A DNA stretch of 64,000 nt from the IMG/VR virus record IMGVR_UViG_3300046387_001331; one strand, written 5' to 3'. The notes below the pieces were generated by a model that made no database searches, was not told the origin of the DNA, and saw only the letters and a list, made by a program, of their open reading frames with translations. This stretch comes from an uncultured virus (IMG/VR IMGVR_UViG_3300046387_001331). Lineage: Duplodnaviria > Heunggongvirae > Uroviricota > Caudoviricetes. Below are positions 59,693-64,000 of this stretch, piece by piece. Within the stretch, counting starts at the first letter, position 1; every line of letters starts with the position of its first letter. The translations under genes and the position numbers were made by a program.

Positions 59693-59900
59693 ATCAGATA
59701 TGTCAGATACTTACAATATCTTCAACGAACTTGAAACGATATTGTACAAGGTAGGAGATGCTCCTGCACAACCTACTGAAGATGAACTTATGAATATGCT
59801 CATTGGAGTGATTGATTTACACAAAGTTCGTTACGAAAAAATGTGGGCATCTTGGAACGAATTTCAAAAGCAAAATACCAAAGTCGATATTACGATATGA
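59670..59900 (+). CDS. Hypothetical protein (start uncertain)
   Basis: TEDELMNMLIG...RYEKMW. Confidence 0.6.
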   Translation: MKRMEQFESDMSDTYNIFNELETILYKVGDAPAQPTEDELMNMLIGVIDLHKVRYEKMWASWNEFQKQNTKVDITI

Positions 59901-60103
59901 GTGACAAACCAACATATGAAGAGTATACACAAGAGTGGTCATTGATGGACAAATTAGTATTCTATTACGAAAAAGATTTAAATAATTCACAGGTAGATTT
60001 AAATGAAATTGCAAGACACATTGCACATGATATAACCCGTATTCAACAATTTGAGAATGATCTCAAACAATACCTAATAGAAAGAGAATATATAAATGAG
60101 TGA
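59897..60103 (+). CDS. Hypothetical protein
   Basis: ATGA overlap with the previous stop. Confidence 0.55.
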   Translation: MSDKPTYEEYTQEWSLMDKLVFYYEKDLNNSQVDLNEIARHIAHDITRIQQFENDLKQYLIEREYINE

Positions 60104-60259
60104 AACAGAGACTGAAGAAGAAGTAACAATTAAACTAAGTTCTTATACCGATGAATTTGGTGGAACACAATACAATTGGGATGCAATCATTGAAGAAGCA
60201 GAACAACAAATCAGAAACACAACAGGTCGTGATGTCGGTGTGTGGATGAGTGAGTAGTT

Positions 60260-60517
60260 ATGAATCAATCAGACGAAGACGGAATCAATCTTAATCGCAG
60301 TTACGATATCGGTTTTCTTGACGGACTTAAACGTGCATATGAGTTGGTAGGGAACTTAGGAGACTTTTATGAAAGCAATAATGCGGTAAATGAAGATGTA
60401 ACTAATGAAGAAAAATCACTTCATGAAAATGCAAAAAAGAGTCAAGTGAATGCGTGTCGTTATGCCCAACACGTTATTCGCAAAAATTCATTCGGAGAAG
60501 AAGATTTACCTTGGTGA
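60260..60517 (+). CDS. Hypothetical protein
   Basis: 85-aa ORF. Confidence 0.6.
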   Translation: MNQSDEDGINLNRSYDIGFLDGLKRAYELVGNLGDFYESNNAVNEDVTNEEKSLHENAKKSQVNACRYAQHVIRKNSFGEEDLPW

Positions 60518-60519
60518 TT

Positions 60520-60750
60520 ATGAATACAATTAAAGAAAAATATAAAACAACATTGAATCATCGTCTTGAATGCATTCAGGAGGATTTGGCAGTATTAGTA
60601 GATTTCATTGAAAAGCAAAATCTAACAGATGCATTCAAACAAAGCACAGAGTTTGCAAATGAAGCATGGCATCATATTAGCAACATTGAAATTGCGTGTG
60701 ATTTGAAAGATGATGCCCCAAGTGAATGGAGTTGTGCTTCTTGTAAATGA
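60520..60750 (+). CDS. Hypothetical protein
   Basis: ATG 2 nt after the previous stop. Confidence 0.55.
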   Translation: MNTIKEKYKTTLNHRLECIQEDLAVLVDFIEKQNLTDAFKQSTEFANEAWHHISNIEIACDLKDDAPSEWSCASCK

Positions 60751-60907
60751 ATAAATTAGTTTCTATAATTGCGTGTGTGTCAATTTACGGATTGGGATTC
60801 TTGCATGGTAATAGTTCAGATAGTAAACTAATTGGTTATATCGTTTGTGGCATCATTGGTTATTTTGTTGGTACTGCAATTTATCAATATTTTAAAAGAA
60901 GTTAATT

Positions 60908-61174
60908 ATGAAAATTAAACTTGGAGTGCGTGGAAATTCCGATGCCGTCAATGCGATTATCATAAAAATGGATGATCTTATGCTTGTTACTGCTGATAAC
61001 ATATTTCTTATCGGAGAGGAAAGCAGAAATAAGATGGGAAAGAACATTGTTGTTTTGCTTGATTCTTTGAGCAAAGAACATGAAATAGAAATCGGAGAAA
61101 CGGTAGCACCTATGATAGAATCTGAACTGAACTTGGAAGAAGGAACTTTAAATAGATTTACAAATTTAAGATGA
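60908..61174 (+). CDS. Hypothetical protein
   Basis: 88-aa ORF. Confidence 0.6.
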   Translation: MKIKLGVRGNSDAVNAIIIKMDDLMLVTADNIFLIGEESRNKMGKNIVVLLDSLSKEHEIEIGETVAPMIESELNLEEGTLNRFTNLR

Positions 61175-61737
61175 CAAGTACACGAACAAGAAACATTAAA
61201 ACATTGGACATAATTCGTGAGAATAATATGATTCCTAAAAATTCCGTGTATTCGCATTTGAACATTAAAAGTTTATTCAAAAGGTGGGATTTAGTACCAC
61301 GATATTTGGCAATTGAAAATCATTATGGTGAGAATAATTTTGGATGGGAATTATTCCGTAAGTTAAGATTACATCAATCAAGGGAATTTGGAGATGGAAC
61401 GGGTCAAACTCTTTATGATCAAACTACACGAACTAACTTTGAATCACTTATAGATAGTATTAAGAATGGATACAATCGTGAGTTTCCTATTGTTGTAAAC
61501 GAAACTGGTTTAAGAATAAACAAAGGTTGGTTGCGATTTGCGTGTTGTCTATATTTCAACATAGATGAAATACCTTGTAAGTTTGATACTTTGAATCCAA
61601 ATCCATCATATTCAAAAACATGGATGGTGACTGAAGTTGGATACAATAAAAAAGAAATGGATTTAATTGAGGATGGTTATACTCGTATTTTTACTAGGTT
61701 AGAAAAAACAATATTGAATTACTATGACGAGGAATAA
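61171..61737 (+). CDS. Possible ParB/Srx-like fold protein
   Basis: FESLIDSIKNGY...PIVV...INKGWLRFACC resembles a degenerate DGxHR motif. Confidence 0.5.
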   Translation: MTSTRTRNIKTLDIIRENNMIPKNSVYSHLNIKSLFKRWDLVPRYLAIENHYGENNFGWELFRKLRLHQSREFGDGTGQTLYDQTTRTNFESLIDSIKNGYNREFPIVVNETGLRINKGWLRFACCLYFNIDEIPCKFDTLNPNPSYSKTWMVTEVGYNKKEMDLIEDGYTRIFTRLEKTILNYYDEE

Positions 61738-62254
61738 AAAAGAAATAGGATTTTTATACGGCAACCTGCTTGATTTTCCATATGGAATAAATACAATAGC
61801 ACATTGTTGCAATACGATGAATGTAATGGGTGCGGGTATTGCAAAGCAAATTGCCGACCGCTATCCAGAAGCAAAAGAAGCAGATGATGCTTGTGCTAAA
61901 CTTGGACAAAATGATTTAGGAGAACGTAGTTTTGCAGAAGTCGAGATAGAAGATACAAATTCACTTCCCCATCAGGAGTTCGGAAAAAATAATCGTAAAT
62001 GTAGAATATATAATCTTTACACTCAAGATGGTATAAGTTTTGGTCGTGAAGTAAATTATGAGGCACTTTATCGTAATCTTCTTTTAATGCGGAATCATCT
62101 TAATGATGTTCCCAATTGCGTTCTAGGATTGCCATATCAAATGAGTAGTGGACTTGCCGGAGGAAGTTGGGAAATTGTCAATGCCATGATCAACACAATA
62201 TTTGCTTCCGATGCAACTTATTTTAAAACTTATATCGTAAAATACGAACCATAA
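61724..62254 (+). CDS. Macro-domain protein (ADP-ribose processing, T4 Tk.4-like)
   Basis: AHCCNTMNVMGAGIAKQI, YNLYTQ, LPYQMSSGLAGGSW. Confidence 0.88.
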   Translation: MTRNKKEIGFLYGNLLDFPYGINTIAHCCNTMNVMGAGIAKQIADRYPEAKEADDACAKLGQNDLGERSFAEVEIEDTNSLPHQEFGKNNRKCRIYNLYTQDGISFGREVNYEALYRNLLLMRNHLNDVPNCVLGLPYQMSSGLAGGSWEIVNAMINTIFASDATYFKTYIVKYEP

Positions 62255-62280
62255 GTTGATTTGCCAAATATATATATTTT

Positions 62281-62877
62281 ATGAAATTAAGTACACTTAA
62301 ATCTGTAATTAAAGAAGAAATCAAAAGTCTTCTAACAAGTAAACCAAAAATGTCAAAGCATCTTGAGTATCATATGGAAAATCACTCAACATTAGTTGAA
62401 GGAGTATTTCGGTACGGTTCTGATTCATATATTGATTTGTTTGAAGAAGCAAGAAACCTTCACGCAGAAAATAAAATTCAATTAAGTGAAGTTGATCAAC
62501 ATTTAATTGAGAACACAGACATTGGTAAGTGGGGTGAATATAATGAAATGCGTGTTCCGTTGGATTGTCCGTTTCAAATTCATGAATCAGAGTATCAAGG
62601 AAAAGATGTTGAACTCAACAAACCAAAACGTGGTGGAAAAAAGAAGTTTTATGTTTATGTAAAAGACCCAAGCAGTGGTAACATCAAAAAAGTATCATTT
62701 GGTGATACTACTGGACTAAGTGTAAAGTTCAAAGATCCTGAAAAACGCAAAGCATTTGCTGATCGGCATAATTGTTCTACCAAGAAAGATAGAACCAAAG
62801 CAGGATATTGGTCTTGCAATCTTCCTCGTTATGCAAAGCAACTTGGGATGGGTGATAACCAAAATACCTATTGGTAA
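62281..62877 (+). CDS. Putative internal head protein with basic C-terminal domain
   Basis: MKLSTLKSVIKEEI leader; IHE site before KKFYVYVK...VSFGD...AFADRHNC...AGYWSC. Confidence 0.65.
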   Translation: MKLSTLKSVIKEEIKSLLTSKPKMSKHLEYHMENHSTLVEGVFRYGSDSYIDLFEEARNLHAENKIQLSEVDQHLIENTDIGKWGEYNEMRVPLDCPFQIHESEYQGKDVELNKPKRGGKKKFYVYVKDPSSGNIKKVSFGDTTGLSVKFKDPEKRKAFADRHNCSTKKDRTKAGYWSCNLPRYAKQLGMGDNQNTYW

Positions 62878-63401
62878 TGAAACTTGGTAGTTTAGTTTCC
62901 GAAATACAATTAGAAAGCAAACTTGGTGATGAGTTTGCAGACATCGGTGACGAACTTGCTCAAGAACTTAAAGACGAACTTGAAAACCAAGATGAACTAA
63001 ATGAAGTGGTAATGAGCATTGTTGCTTATGTAATGTTAAGCAACGGAATAATGGGACTTACAAGTAAACTCGTTAAACGAATCAGCAAGAAATATAATTT
63101 TGGTAAAGGAGTATCGGCTGCCGAGAAAATAGAAGCATTTGCAAAAGCAAACGATGATCGTTTTATGTATCCAATTCGTAAAGCAGTTTCATTGTTTACC
63201 AAAGATGAAGCAAAAATCAAGAAGGTCACTCATATTTTATTTGCAGTTGTTGTGTTGAGTATGGCATTAAATGCCGGAATGGAAGTATTTGATTTAATTA
63301 AAAATTCTGACTTTATGCAAAGTTCAGTCAACTCGTTGAGAACGGCAGTAGGTGGTACAAAAGTACACACACTCGTTAGAACGATAGCAAGGTTATTGTG
63401 A
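62877..63401 (+). CDS. Hypothetical protein with hydrophobic segments
   Basis: TAATG coupling; acidic leader ending LNE, then two hydrophobic helices. Confidence 0.65.
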   Translation: MKLGSLVSEIQLESKLGDEFADIGDELAQELKDELENQDELNEVVMSIVAYVMLSNGIMGLTSKLVKRISKKYNFGKGVSAAEKIEAFAKANDDRFMYPIRKAVSLFTKDEAKIKKVTHILFAVVVLSMALNAGMEVFDLIKNSDFMQSSVNSLRTAVGGTKVHTLVRTIARLL

Positions 63402-63661
63402 ACCCATATACTGAGCAAAAAATTTGGCATAATACTTATCTTCGCACTTTTTCTGCGGAAACACCTGAAACAGATTTAATATGGCATCTTGATCGTGAGG
63501 ACCGTGTCGTAGAAGCAACTCATTATACTGATTGGAAGTTTCAGTTTGATGATGAATTGCCTATATCTTTGAACAATTTAATTACTATTCCAAAAAATAC
63601 ATTCCATAGAATCATCAAAGGAACTGATGATTGTACAATTAGAATAAAGAAGTATGAGTAA
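63398..63661 (+). CDS. Cupin-like small protein
   Basis: LIWHLDREDR...IPKNTFHRIIKG. Confidence 0.7.
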   Translation: MNPYTEQKIWHNTYLRTFSAETPETDLIWHLDREDRVVEATHYTDWKFQFDDELPISLNNLITIPKNTFHRIIKGTDDCTIRIKKYE

Positions 63662-64000
63662 AAACTTAATTGAAATACAAAAAAAGATATTACACCTTGT
63701 TAATGAAGGTAGTCAAGTAGACAAAGTGATTGATAAAACAACTTCTGAATTAAACACCACCGAAAAAATAGAACTAAAATTGCTATTTGAAGATGCTATG
63801 AGAACACATCGGATGAATGCAGAAAACTGGATGCAAACAGATTTAATATTTCCATTGAGTGAGATACTGAAATCAAGATTGTTTGTATATCCAGAGTCAA
63901 GTGAGCAATATTACGGATATGAACCAAGTCCACTTGAACTTAAAATACAAAATTGGAAAGAGTTGGAAAACGAAGAAGGTGCATTGTATGCTTTAATTTA
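63654..64000 (+). CDS. Hypothetical protein, 3'-partial
   Basis: ATG at 63654 (MSKNLIEI), frame open to the window end. Confidence 0.6.
   Translation, partial: MSKNLIEIQKKILHLVNEGSQVDKVIDKTTSELNTTEKIELKLLFEDAMRTHRMNAENWMQTDLIFPLSEILKSRLFVYPESSEQYYGYEPSPLELKIQNWKELENEEGALYALI

Noticed and set aside
59387..59900. MazEF-type toxin-antitoxin pair
   Set aside because: The AbrB-like gene has no neighbour with recognisable MazF, PIN or Doc motifs.

Overview
AT-rich, densely coded window with almost every gene on the + strand. It reads as part of a large (jumbo-type) tailed-phage genome. Host-like genes (ClpP, a DUF1549/DUF1553 + DUF1501 pair, a secreted protein with a Trp-rich C-terminal domain) point to a PVC-superphylum host, probably a marine Verrucomicrobium; this is inference. 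Region 1-21.5 kb is a putative virion-fibre/adhesin operon: a >3190-aa protein with an alternating-Ser stalk (5' end outside the window), a 1940-aa LamG/Gly-rich/metallopeptidase protein, and three paralogous ~670-aa proteins. Region 23-64 kb holds many small early-type genes behind 16 copies of a conserved sigma70-type promoter repeat. It also holds clpP, a vWA-HExxH + MoxR AAA+ pair, a metallophosphoesterase, putative head-packaged polyproteins, GT2, uvsE, an inverted PD-(D/E)xK-like nuclease, an ATP-dependent ligase, AbrB and a macro domain. The most unusual observations are: (i) terminator hairpins whose pyrimidine loops are exact 8-9 nt complements of the purine-rich leaders/RBS of their own and other phage mRNAs (29855-29953, 53030-53067), suggesting an RNA-level 3'-to-5' control system; (ii) a LamG domain apparently split between the two giant genes, plus nested and circularly permuted domains; (iii) a two-copy GNRA-hairpin RNA motif with covariation; (iv) promoter-repeat-bounded gene cassettes; (v) a phage-borne DUF1549/1553-DUF1501 module. 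No tRNA, rRNA or CRISPR array was seen. All family assignments come from motif recognition by eye, not database searches.
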